A stretch of DNA of 64,000 nt. Source: Verrucomicrobiota bacterium. GTDB taxonomy: Bacteria; Verrucomicrobiota; Verrucomicrobiia; Opitutales; Coraliomargaritaceae. The stretch's first letter is position 1; every line of letters starts with the position of its first letter. The DNA is taken from positions 203,512-267,511 of the forward strand of contig JBCBZJ010000003.1 of the NCBI GenBank assembly GCA_039815375.1. Reading direction: 5' to 3'. Below the pieces are notes generated by a model. The model ran no database searches. It was not told the origin of the DNA and saw only the letters and a list, made by a program, of their open reading frames with translations. The position numbers and the translations under genes are program-made. Positions 28,908 to 38,329 of this stretch are shown here, in pieces.

Positions 28908-29714
28908 ATGGCTACAGAACGCTTTCTCCCCCACATGACTTGGCCCGAGATCAAGAATCTCGATAAAACGAATGCTCTGGTCATTCTTCCGGTCGGGGCA
29001 ACCGAGCAACACGGCCATCATCTTCCGGTCTATACGGATACGCTGATCAGTTCAGGAGTTTTGAGACGGGCTCTGGAAGTCTTACCCGAAGAAGTTCCAG
29101 CCTACATGCTTTCACCGATTACCATTAGCAAAAGCAACGAGCATCGCGGATTTCCAGGGACGCTTTGGATTAGTGCCAAGACGCTCTATGACGTCCTCTT
29201 TGAGATTGGCCGAAGCGTTTATGAATCGGGCTTTCGGAAGATGTGTTTTTTTAATGGGCACGGCGGAAACGTGGGTATTCTACATGCCGTGACTCGCGAC
29301 ATCAGGGATGAGTTTGGCATGACGGTCTTTGCGGGATCGGCCGGCACTTTTCTTGAGTCTCCTGAATTGCCGGACGGGGTCGATGCGCGCGAGAAGAAAT
29401 TCGGAATTCACGCGAACTTTGGAGAGACGGCCCTGATCAAGGCTCTGGCTCCCGAACTCGTTAAGGAGGACAAAGCTCGACCTTGCTTCCCGAACTATCC
29501 GGATTCAGGCATTGGTCTGGTCGGTCCGGGCTACGCACAGTGGAAGACAGAAGACTGGTCATCGACCGGCGTCTTCGGTGACCCGACTCATGTCACCGAA
29601 GAAATCGCAGCAGATTATTTGGACCGTGCCGTCAAAGGAACAGTTCGCTTCCTTACCGAGATGGTTGATTTCGAATATGATCGTCCCAAGATCCAGGATC
29701 GACCTGTAGATTAA
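28908..29714 (+). CDS. Creatininase-family amidohydrolase
   Basis: LPVGATEQHGHHLPVYTD, SNEHRGFPGTL, FNGHGGN, GIHANFGET, GVFGDP; start uncertain (28884-28908). Confidence 0.92.
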   Translation: MATERFLPHMTWPEIKNLDKTNALVILPVGATEQHGHHLPVYTDTLISSGVLRRALEVLPEEVPAYMLSPITISKSNEHRGFPGTLWISAKTLYDVLFEIGRSVYESGFRKMCFFNGHGGNVGILHAVTRDIRDEFGMTVFAGSAGTFLESPELPDGVDAREKKFGIHANFGETALIKALAPELVKEDKARPCFPNYPDSGIGLVGPGYAQWKTEDWSSTGVFGDPTHVTEEIAADYLDRAVKGTVRFLTEMVDFEYDRPKIQDRPVD

Positions 29715-29741
29715 TCTATCTGTTTGTTGCTTAGGGATAGG

Positions 29742-30221
29742 TTATTCTTCACCCGTATAGTAGTCCGCTTCAGTCGGGTAGATACATTCACCCTGCGGTT
29801 TGAGCATTCGCTTCCCGGTGTTCGGATAGGTTGTGATGTCTACCGGATTCTGATCGGCGATGACATAGTAAACCAGGTCAGATGCCGAGTCGTTCATGAT
29901 TTGATGGCTCTCGCCCGGGCAAAAGACAAAATGATCACCTGGTCCGATTTCAGTTGGAGAGTCGGTCGAATCGAAAACAAGTCCGGTTCCCGAAAGAATG
30001 ATGTAGAACTCCGTCTGCGCTGCGTGAGCATGAAGCGGCCAGTTCTTTTTTCCCGGTGGAAGGGTCGCAAGTTCGATATCGAAGGGATGTCCGTTGGCCC
30101 AGGGGCCCTTGTCTTTAATCCCACCGAGTGCGAGCGAGACGTGTTGACGCTGAATTTGAAAATCTCCTTTTGGAGAGGCGACTGTTTCAGTCTCAATTTC
30201 TGATGGGATTACTTTCTTCAT
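29742..30221 (-). CDS. Cupin-domain protein
   Basis: LPPGKKNWPLHAHAAQTEFYIILSGTG...GPGD...PGESHQIMN. Confidence 0.88.
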   Translation of the reverse strand: MKKVIPSEIETETVASPKGDFQIQRQHVSLALGGIKDKGPWANGHPFDIELATLPPGKKNWPLHAHAAQTEFYIILSGTGLVFDSTDSPTEIGPGDHFVFCPGESHQIMNDSASDLVYYVIADQNPVDITTYPNTGKRMLKPQGECIYPTEADYYTGEE

Positions 30222-30906
30222 ATTGATTAGCCCAAGTGAAGACCTGTTCTATCAGAATACGTCCGTCACTGCTGTCTTCCTCATAATCTTCAGGGTGAAA
30301 CTGCACTCCGATAAGCGGTTTGGTTTCGTGCTGGATTGCCTGGATTTTTGTTACTGGGCTGGTTGCGATGGTTTGGAATCCGTCGGGCAGGCTTTTCACT
30401 TCCCAAAAGTGATGTTGGAAGACTTCCATGCGCGCGCTCGCACGATGAAATGCCGTGCCCGGCTTTCGACCTAACTCGATAGAGCAAAATCCTGTTTCTG
30501 AACGCGCCGTTGCTGGAATGATGGGGTCAATTCTCCCTTCGCCGGAGACGGTCTTGTTTCCGATCGGCCCGATGGACGCCCCGTAGGTTTTGGCAAGAAG
30601 CTGGAAGCTGCCGCAAATGCAAAAGGTCGGGTAGCCCGGTGCCCGAAAGTAACTTTGAATCGGTGTGATTTCATCGGCGGCATATTCGCTGTGGTCCATG
30701 TTGTGGCCTGAGAAAATTACTACACGCGGGTTTAGCTCTTCGAGTAGCTTTGCCGAGAATCTGCTGTAATGCAGGAGATAGCAGGGCTCGGCTCCGATTT
30801 CTTCGAAGCGATACTTTGCCGCCACCCGTCGTCTGCAGACTTCCGCCCATAACTCTGGGTGCTCTACACGAAGCTTTTGGTGCTCCATATCAACAAAAAC
30901 ATTCAT
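30193..30906 (-). CDS. Class I glutamine amidotransferase-like / gamma-glutamyl hydrolase-like protein
   Basis: Nucleophile elbow FCICGSFQLL and GVQFHPE His-Glu; no synthase partner adjacent. Confidence 0.82.
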   Translation of the reverse strand: MNVFVDMEHQKLRVEHPELWAEVCRRRVAAKYRFEEIGAEPCYLLHYSRFSAKLLEELNPRVVIFSGHNMDHSEYAADEITPIQSYFRAPGYPTFCICGSFQLLAKTYGASIGPIGNKTVSGEGRIDPIIPATARSETGFCSIELGRKPGTAFHRASARMEVFQHHFWEVKSLPDGFQTIATSPVTKIQAIQHETKPLIGVQFHPEDYEEDSSDGRILIEQVFTWANQYEESNPIRN

Positions 30907-30926
30907 AGAATTCGAGCACTCTACGG

Positions 30927-30943
30927 AGCTACTTTCGTTCCAG
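30927..30943 (-). promoter_or_regulatory. sigma54 promoter of GATase-cupin pair
   Basis: Minus strand CTGGAACGAAAGTAGCT, GG-N10-GC, ~20 nt upstream of ATG 30906. Confidence 0.6.
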
Positions 30944-31011
30944 AAAATCCTGTACCGCAGCCTGCGGAGGAGATTTTTTATCGGCTGATCGAACTTTGCC
31001 GGGCTAGCGGC

Positions 31012-31806
31012 TTAGAGCCGGATCGCTTGCCAAACCCGAATGAGCGACTCGATAAGTTCGGGCAGCTCTTCGAGCGGGATTTGGCTGGCAGCATCGGATA
31101 TGGCCTCGGCTGGATTCGGGTGAGTTTCCAGAAAGACACCATTTGCTCCCGCAGCGAGAGCTGCCCGGGCAAGAGCGGGCACATGTTCGCGTTGGCCGCC
31201 GCTGACTCCCCCGGCTGCTCCTGGCAGTTGCACGCTGTGCGTTGCGTCAATTACGGTAGGATGTCCGTTGATTGCCATGATGCTAAAGCTACGCATGTCG
31301 ACGACGAGATTCTGGTAGCCGAAGGTGGTGCCGCGGTCGGTCTGCCAGATTTCGGCAGCGCCGGCTTCCTCCAGCTTGTTGGTGACAAACTCCATTTCGT
31401 AGGGTGAGAGGAATTGACCTTTCTTGACGTTGATGGCCCGGCCGGTTGCTGCAGCGGCCACGAGGAGATCGGTTTGCCGGCAGAGAAAAGCAGGAATCTG
31501 TAGGGCGTCGACGACTGCGCCGACTGCAGGGCACTGCTCGGGTAGATGGATGTCGGTGATGGTTTTGAAGCCGTATTCGGATTGAATGGTCTTGAAAATC
31601 TCGAGCCCCTCGTCGAGCCCGGTCCCACGGTTGCTTTTGATCGAAGTGCGGTTGGCTTTATCGAAAGATCCCTTGAAGAGAATATTCAGTTCCTCGTGCT
31701 TCTCCTGAAGTGAAGCGAGCACGTCGGCAACTTGACGGCAGGTATCCAGACTTTCAAGCGAGCAGGGGCCAGCCAGTAGTAGAAGCTTGTCAGGGTCGTA
31801 AATCAT
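31012..31806 (-). CDS. kdsA: KDO-8-phosphate synthase
   Basis: [49 protein letters not shown] at 31806. Confidence 0.96.
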   Translation of the reverse strand: MIYDPDKLLLLAGPCSLESLDTCRQVADVLASLQEKHEELNILFKGSFDKANRTSIKSNRGTGLDEGLEIFKTIQSEYGFKTITDIHLPEQCPAVGAVVDALQIPAFLCRQTDLLVAAAATGRAINVKKGQFLSPYEMEFVTNKLEEAGAAEIWQTDRGTTFGYQNLVVDMRSFSIMAINGHPTVIDATHSVQLPGAAGGVSGGQREHVPALARAALAAGANGVFLETHPNPAEAISDAASQIPLEELPELIESLIRVWQAIRL

Positions 31807-31846
31807 TCCCGCATTTAGGGGGTCAAGCGGCTTTAGGCCAAGCCGA

Positions 31847-32431
31847 ATGCGGGGAGACATTCTGCTTTTATTTCAAGCCATGTTCCTTTTTGCTGTGAGT
31901 GTGCCCCAAGTTCTTTTCTGTCTTTTTCTTTTGTGCTTCGCGAGTTCAACCGCGCGTGCGGATACACTTTTGGACCATTTGTCGAGATATGAGGGCGTAT
32001 GGATTGGGCAATTCACCATTCACTCGACGGCAACGGGTTACACCGAGTCGTTTCCGGTGCAGCAACGATACTGGTGGGAAGGGGATCAGCTTCATGGCCT
32101 GGCCGTCTCGCAGCGGGACAGCGGAATGGAGAACGCCACTTCGATCACTTATATGAAAGCAGGAAAACTCATCTCGGAAGTGACTCGTGGTGAGATGAAG
32201 GATTCTTACATTGGTGTGCTGAACAAGGATGGCTTGCTTTGGCTACCGTCCAAGATGAGCCGTGCGACAGACTATCAAATCTTTGAGAGCTTCGTTCCGG
32301 TTGAAGGCGGGCCTGACAAACTAATGACCGAGGGCTTCGACACCTATGTTTATTCGGGTGGGCTCGCCCACATTGTATATAAAGGTGAGCTTATTCGTGA
32401 GCCGGAGGTGAAAGGAGAGAAAGCCCGTTAG
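31847..32431 (+). CDS. Secreted hypothetical protein
   Basis: 194-aa ORF with signal peptide ending ARA-D; beta-rich pattern; start uncertain. Confidence 0.65.
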   Translation: MRGDILLLFQAMFLFAVSVPQVLFCLFLLCFASSTARADTLLDHLSRYEGVWIGQFTIHSTATGYTESFPVQQRYWWEGDQLHGLAVSQRDSGMENATSITYMKAGKLISEVTRGEMKDSYIGVLNKDGLLWLPSKMSRATDYQIFESFVPVEGGPDKLMTEGFDTYVYSGGLAHIVYKGELIREPEVKGEKAR

Positions 32432-33690
32432 TCGACTCCGATTTCGCGTGCAAGTTGCTCTTGGAGGGCGGGCTCGAGCTCGGCGCTAATAACCCATTCG
32501 AGTGCAGCCTTCGGGTCGTTGGCTGCCCAATTCCGGATTGAGCTGCTGATTTGTGCAAGTCTGCGATCCGGGTCTGAGATCGTGTTGGCCCATTCGGTTG
32601 CTGCTTCGGGCTCGAAGCGTTGGATGGACTCAGTAAAGCCAATGATGGCGGCATCCCGCTCTGCACCCAGCGGTTGGTCGCTGAGCCATGTTGAGGCTGC
32701 GATGGAATCAGTTTCTGTCCATGCGGTCATCAATTGCGTCGCATGGCTCGATGAATAGTAGGGGTCGTTCTTTGCCATACTTTCCAGCCAACTTGCGGTT
32801 CCGGCCGGGTCGTTCATGGCTCGAGCTTTAACGAATTCGGACATGTAACTTAGGTCGAACGGGTCCTCGAGAGAAATGTTCCGGACGAAGGCTTCCGCAG
32901 CTTCAGGATTAAGTCCGGCGTAGCTCTCGATCGTATCGATTAACATAGTTCTGTTGCCGCTTCGATTTGCTTCATTGTATGCCCAAGCCGCAGCACTATC
33001 AGGGTCGGTCTCAATCCAGGACTCAGCAAGTGCTGTGGCTGCTTCGTTGCGCAACGTTCCGTCGGGCAGGCTTTCGATCCATGACGTTGCTTCGTTCGGA
33101 GCATTCTGTATCCACGTCGAGGCGAGTGATTTTGCAGCTGTGATTTTGCTCCCGTCGTTGGCCATGCCGTCGATCCAGTCAGCTGCCGCTGAAGGGTCGC
33201 TGGCAGCCCAAAGCGAGACGCCGCTATTCAGAGTTTCGAGGCGGGCTAGACCCTGAGCATTCGATTCGAGCCAGAGCATGGCAGACTCCGAATCATCGGC
33301 TGCCCAAAGGGCAACGACTTCAAGCATCCCTCGCAGGCGCTCCGAACCAGAGCTTTGCTCCTGAAGCCAAAGCATCGCGGCTTCAGGATCCTGTTTCGCG
33401 CGTTGGCGTGCTTCTGCGAGAAAGTCGTCCGGTTCCGTTAATACTTCCTCAGGAGCCTTTACCGGTGTTTCCTCTTGCGGGCTGATGAGCACTCTCTCCC
33501 TCAAATCGGTCTTCTCTGCCTCGGTTGTCACTGGGATCGCTTCAGGTTCTACCGTCTCCTCCCGAGCAAGAGTCCAAGCCTTCCGAAAGTTGGCCATTTC
33601 CCTCTGAATTGCTGGCCAGAAAGGTTTTATTGCGAACAGGGCCAACAGTAGAACCAGCACGAGGTAGAGGTATGGTCTTGGTTTGCTCAC
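32428..33690 (-). CDS. Membrane-anchored alpha-helical repeat protein (W...DP.AA..W repeats)
   Basis: N-terminal TM; repeated [40 protein letters not shown] units. Confidence 0.8.
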   Translation of the reverse strand: MSKPRPYLYLVLVLLLALFAIKPFWPAIQREMANFRKAWTLAREETVEPEAIPVTTEAEKTDLRERVLISPQEETPVKAPEEVLTEPDDFLAEARQRAKQDPEAAMLWLQEQSSGSERLRGMLEVVALWAADDSESAMLWLESNAQGLARLETLNSGVSLWAASDPSAAADWIDGMANDGSKITAAKSLASTWIQNAPNEATSWIESLPDGTLRNEAATALAESWIETDPDSAAAWAYNEANRSGNRTMLIDTIESYAGLNPEAAEAFVRNISLEDPFDLSYMSEFVKARAMNDPAGTASWLESMAKNDPYYSSSHATQLMTAWTETDSIAASTWLSDQPLGAERDAAIIGFTESIQRFEPEAATEWANTISDPDRRLAQISSSIRNWAANDPKAALEWVISAELEPALQEQLAREIGVD

Positions 33691-33694
33691 CTTG

Positions 33695-34492
33695 TTATAT
33701 GAGTTGAAAGAAGGCTCTTGTATTAGCGGTCACCTGCTCGGCGAGGCTCTCAGTTTCCATTGCGAGTGCCTCTGCGCAACGCTCGGCGATGTAGGCGATG
33801 TAGGCCGGTTCGTTGGGCTTGCCCCGGTGCGGCTCCGGCGTGAGATATGGGCAGTCCGTTTCCAACATAAGGCGTTCGATGCCCTGCTCGCGCACGGCTT
33901 CGCGCACGCCCTTGGCGCTTTTATAGGTTGCGATTCCGGTGAAGGATGCCCGACCGCCGCGCTGCTTGATCTGACGCATTTCATTTGCTCCATAGGTGAA
34001 GCAGTGAAAGACAATACGTTGCCAATCTATGCCGGACTCGTCGATCAGGCGCACGCATTCGTCGAAGCAATCCCGGCTGTGAATGATGACCGGACATTCC
34101 AGTTCGGAAGCGAACATCAGCTGCTGTCGAAAGGCGGATTCCTGTTGGAGTATTACCTCGCCAGCCTGAACAGGATCCTTGGGTAAATGAAAATAATCCA
34201 GTCCGATTTCCCCCAGTGCGACAGGTGCCTGTGGCGGCATGAAAAAGGAGGAAATCTGGCTGACGGCTTCCTCCCAACCGTCTTCGGCGTAGCAGGGGTG
34301 GAGACCAACCGTGTAGTCAATCGTGCCTTTATGGGTTTCGTGCATTTCACGGTAGGGCACCCAGTCTTCAGGTGAAGTGCCGATCGTGATGAAGTGCCGG
34401 ACGCCAGCTTCTGCGGCACGATCAAGCACAGCGTCGAGCTCGTTCCTACGCTTGAATCCGAGCAAATGGCAGTGGCTGTCGATCAACTCCAT
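33695..34492 (-). CDS. tatD: TatD family hydrolase/DNase
   Basis: [37 protein letters not shown]. Confidence 0.93.
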   Translation of the reverse strand: MELIDSHCHLLGFKRRNELDAVLDRAAEAGVRHFITIGTSPEDWVPYREMHETHKGTIDYTVGLHPCYAEDGWEEAVSQISSFFMPPQAPVALGEIGLDYFHLPKDPVQAGEVILQQESAFRQQLMFASELECPVIIHSRDCFDECVRLIDESGIDWQRIVFHCFTYGANEMRQIKQRGGRASFTGIATYKSAKGVREAVREQGIERLMLETDCPYLTPEPHRGKPNEPAYIAYIAERCAEALAMETESLAEQVTANTRAFFQLI

Positions 34493-34540
34493 GATCTCCC
34501 GAAGTTGTTGGAAATTCGCCTTCTGAAAAGCTGAAAGTTG

Positions 34541-35464
34541 CTAAGCTTTTGCTGAAGCCTCATCTCGGGTTGGGCCTTTCAGGGCGATCCAGACGAGAAC
34601 CAGGCAGCTCCAGTAGGTGATGCCACCTACAATTTCGTGCATCAACATGTATTGCTCCATGAAAGACGGAGCAAGCAGGACGATAATGACGATACGCAGT
34701 ATGTTGAAGGCGAAGCCGATGATGAGCCCCGCAAAGATGTTGAGTGCCATATTGAGCAGACCGAGGCGCCGGTAAATCGCGAGTAGGAGAGCCAGTAGCA
34801 AACTGGTCAGGATAACGCCAAACCCATTGCACTCTGAGGCTACGTGAAAAGGATATTGATCCACGAGAAGGATCAACTTGGGTGGCCCGCCTGCATAACC
34901 AACAAGCCCGAGTTCGACGCTTTTACCGATCCAGCCTAAAGCAGCAGCACTCCATTCCCCGGCATACCCGCGTAGTGGCCAGTCGAGTGGTTGCATGAGA
35001 ATACTGAGTAAAAGGAAGGCGCAGAACGTGCCCGCTGCCGTTCGTGTCAGTCGGCGGGTACCCTCGCCGCAAATGAAGCGCACGAGAGCGGCGAGCCCAC
35101 AACAGTAGGCCGGTATCGCAATCAAGGAGACCCATCCTTGCCACTCATTTGGGCATATTTTTCGGCTTACGGCTTGGATGGCGAGCAAGACAAAACTTGC
35201 GATGAGCGCTCGTCGCGCAGACGGATTGAGTGTAAACGTATCCCTAATCTCGACCCCACCGAACCTGACGAGAAGTATTGTTGCGAGTGCAAGCACAACA
35301 AGCGAGTGGAACAGGCGGCTTTGATCGTGTGTGGTAGTTGCAAACCACTGGGTGACTGGCCAGAAGGCGAGTGCAAGCAAGGCAAAAATCGTTGAGTGAA
35401 TCCAGAACTCCGATTGCTGTGCTTTTTCTCTGAAGCTGTTAGCGAGTTGTTTGCGAAACGCCAT
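34541..35464 (-). CDS. Exosortase/archaeosortase-family protein
   Basis: Multi-TM with Cys-Arg-His triad VASECNG, NILRI, MHE; adjacent to a PEP-CTERM gene. Confidence 0.85.
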   Translation of the reverse strand: MAFRKQLANSFREKAQQSEFWIHSTIFALLALAFWPVTQWFATTTHDQSRLFHSLVVLALATILLVRFGGVEIRDTFTLNPSARRALIASFVLLAIQAVSRKICPNEWQGWVSLIAIPAYCCGLAALVRFICGEGTRRLTRTAAGTFCAFLLLSILMQPLDWPLRGYAGEWSAAALGWIGKSVELGLVGYAGGPPKLILLVDQYPFHVASECNGFGVILTSLLLALLLAIYRRLGLLNMALNIFAGLIIGFAFNILRIVIIVLLAPSFMEQYMLMHEIVGGITYWSCLVLVWIALKGPTRDEASAKA

Positions 35465-35633
35465 GAGTGTTTAGACTGGTCAGGGTTTACTGCTTCGCGA
35501 GCGGGAATTTTCAGACCCAGCATTTAATCCTCTGTTCCGCAAGCCGCACACATTCGGAAAGTGGCACTGGTAAATTTGGCAGCCGAGAATCTTGGTTTCG
35601 ATTCCCTCCGGTTTGGATGGGGCGCTTCGGTGA

Positions 35634-37547
35634 TTACCTCCGGGGCCTGCGGTTTCCGACAAGAGTCAGTGCGATCAGGCCGACCAGAAAAGCAAAAGCG
35701 GAATTCTCCGGAACAACAGCTGTAAGCGTAACGGCAGTATCGCTAGTTTGATCATCTCCGAAGTTGTCTCCGAAAGTGGTGCTCTCGTAGTTGATTTGGA
35801 AACGGTTCAACCCGGCGTTGAATTCGTCGCCCTCTGCGAGTGTGATACCGTTGTAGCTGAATAGGCCGCCGTTGTAGTTGCGGTTGTAGTTTACGAGAGT
35901 GACAACGGTTCCGACGGCAAGTGGGCCAGACGCAGCAGCAGTATCGGTCAGGCCCAGATTTATGCTGCCATTCAGCGACAGGTCTCTGGTGGCGACCAAA
36001 ACATCGGCAAAAGTTGCAGCGGGCGCAGACGAGTCGAATTCGAAGTTGAAACTGGACCCATCTTCGAAATCGGCGTCGCGGACAGTGAAGGAGCCAATGC
36101 CTGCTTCTCCCGGTGATAGTTCTCCGCTTAGGTTGAGATCGCCACCGATGCGACCGGAGCCTTGAATGACAGCACCGGGATCGACTTCGACCACACCACT
36201 TGCTCGGGAGGAGTCGCCGTTTACTTCAAGGGTGCCTTCGGCGACGACGATTCCCCGGTCATTCGTGTTTGCCCCGGAGAGAACCAGAATACCCAAGCCG
36301 ATTTTATTGACCCCGGCAGCACCATTGCTACCGATCACGCCCGAAATTTCAAGGCGATCTTCAAGCCCGACATCGACATCGAAGTTGCCGCGAGTGCTTT
36401 CCTGAAGAGTGATTGGTCCCGAAAGCTCGGTCTGGTTGCTGCCTGGCCGATCAAAGCGGATGGTCTTGTTTCCGCCGGAGTTCCGGATGCGGATCGTATT
36501 CGCAATATTTAAACCGGGAAGGAGCTCAAGGACCGGGTCTGTGGCTGCACTGGTTCCTCGATTCTCTATGTCGAGACGTCCAGTGCCGAGCGCCGTGCTG
36601 GACTCCAGGACGAGGGTGCCCTGTTCGATGATGTTGTTTCCGCTGTTTATATTGTCTCCGGACACAACGAGGGTGCCGCTACCACCTTCACGGCGCAGAT
36701 TGATGCCACCCCGTCCCGATATCTGGCCAGCGAGGGTAAGTATTTCATTTTCCCCGATCTCGAAGCGGTTGCCCGCTGTCGTTTCGTCGAGGAAGAGATT
36801 GCCTGATAGAGTTGCAGCGTTGGTTCCGGCCAAATCGAAGCGGATAGTCTTATTCCGTCCCTGATTCGTTACGGAGATATCATTCGACAGGTTTAATCCG
36901 TCACTGCCGAGTTCTAGAACGGGATCGTTGTTCGAGCGATCCTCAATAATAAAAGCGCCTGAGCCGAGTGCAGTATTATTCAGAATGACCAGTGTTCCTC
37001 CCATTAAGCGAGTGCTGGCGTGACTGTTCTGGCCTGCCAACGTTACACGGCCGTCGTCTTGGCTTCCGTTCCCGTTATTGATTTCAAGTTCCTGCGCACC
37101 GCTGATGTTACCGGTCACACGAACATTGTGGCCTGTTCCAGTATTGATGCCTATCCCTGCTGTGTTGAGTACGATATCGAGGGCGATTTCATCCTCTATC
37201 AGGTCATTTGCTGCCGACGCTACAAGGGTTGTTCTGATGTCTTCGTTAAGTAGAATCCGGTTTCCGGAAAGGGTGAAGTTCTGGCCGTTTCCCGTATTTG
37301 AAAACAGGATACCCTCGATCAACGTATCAATTATGAGATCATTGGATGTGCTCGTTTGCGTTGTGCCGGCAAACACCAGAGCATCACCATTGGTCGGAGT
37401 TTGGGCAGGAGACCAATTTGCACTACTTGCCCAGTTCGCGTCCAGATTCCCTTCCCAATCGAGCACAATAGACCATGCACTCTTGCAAGTGGTAAGCGCC
37501 AGAATCGAAACCACGATTCGGACGAGTCTCTTTGATCGAGAATACAT
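35634..37547 (-). CDS. PEP-CTERM protein with autotransporter-associated beta-strand repeats
   Basis: Signal peptide; G.GTLV.SG.N repeats (KIGLGILVLSGANT); C-terminus VVPENSAFAFLVGLIALTLVGNRRPRR. Confidence 0.9.
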   Translation of the reverse strand: MYSRSKRLVRIVVSILALTTCKSAWSIVLDWEGNLDANWASSANWSPAQTPTNGDALVFAGTTQTSTSNDLIIDTLIEGILFSNTGNGQNFTLSGNRILLNEDIRTTLVASAANDLIEDEIALDIVLNTAGIGINTGTGHNVRVTGNISGAQELEINNGNGSQDDGRVTLAGQNSHASTRLMGGTLVILNNTALGSGAFIIEDRSNNDPVLELGSDGLNLSNDISVTNQGRNKTIRFDLAGTNAATLSGNLFLDETTAGNRFEIGENEILTLAGQISGRGGINLRREGGSGTLVVSGDNINSGNNIIEQGTLVLESSTALGTGRLDIENRGTSAATDPVLELLPGLNIANTIRIRNSGGNKTIRFDRPGSNQTELSGPITLQESTRGNFDVDVGLEDRLEISGVIGSNGAAGVNKIGLGILVLSGANTNDRGIVVAEGTLEVNGDSSRASGVVEVDPGAVIQGSGRIGGDLNLSGELSPGEAGIGSFTVRDADFEDGSSFNFEFDSSAPAATFADVLVATRDLSLNGSINLGLTDTAAASGPLAVGTVVTLVNYNRNYNGGLFSYNGITLAEGDEFNAGLNRFQINYESTTFGDNFGDDQTSDTAVTLTAVVPENSAFAFLVGLIALTLVGNRRPRR

Positions 37548-37818
37548 AACCAGAAAATTTCAAGCCTCACAGAGAGCAGAAAAAGGAAGATTGTCCAGTC
37601 TGGTGCTCGAACTATCTTCATCCCAGTTTTGATAGGGCTACCTAAATCTGAACGAGTAGGGGTTCTTCTCCGTGCAGTCTTTTCATGTGTTTGCCGGGAT
37701 AAATAATATCCGTTTCCTGAATACTTACGGTAATGAGTTTATCGGATTCTGCTCATGCTTGGCTTGGAGGGCGTTCAAAAAAAACTAATTATGGTTACTC
37801 TCCAAGGCAAAGTGGACG

Positions 37819-37864
37819 AAATCGAAATCCAAATCGAGTTCGCAATCGATTTGGATTTCGATTT
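37819..37864. repeat. Perfect 19-bp inverted repeat (intergenic palindrome)
   Basis: AAATCGAAATCCAAATCGA-GTTCGCAA-TCGATTTGGATTTCGATTT. Confidence 0.9.
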
Positions 37865-38329
37865 GCTACGCCATCTTCATTTTATTACGTCCGCTTTGCT
37901 GACTGCGATTTCGAGTCATATGAGCAGTAAAGCAACGCTCTTAGAAATCTATTAGACATACTCTTAGAGGAGGATGCTGGAGCAGGTGGACTTAACCTCT
38001 GTTCCGCCTGAACGGCCGGGACGGAACACGTGAAGAATAGAAGACTTTGACGCACTTGAAAAAGTACTGACGACTGCAGTTCTCAAGTCCGTCGGAATGT
38101 CAGAGGCTGCAGTGTTTTCTTTTCGAGTATATCCCGCTGTCGTAGTCCGATCCCTTCGTTGCCTCTATCTTTATCCCTGCTAAGTCCGTTTCTGTTGAAC
38201 CAGCTTCTTGCCTGTTCAATCGAATCCAAAGTTCGAAGGATGATTACATTTTCCCACACTTAAAATAGCTATAACCTCGTCGATTTCACGGTAAGTTCAT
38301 CATCTTTTCATATTGCTTCGATAGGATCG

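Noticed and set aside
28908..29714. Mycofactocin (MftE) or true creatinine-utilisation locus
   Set aside because: No radical SAM or precursor genes and no creatinase, sarcosine oxidase or hydantoinase alongside
37655..37700. GGCAAAC on the minus strand upstream of the PEP-CTERM gene as a c-di-GMP-I riboswitch
   Set aside because: The required P2 GNRA stem and downstream GCAAAG/receptor elements are not evident
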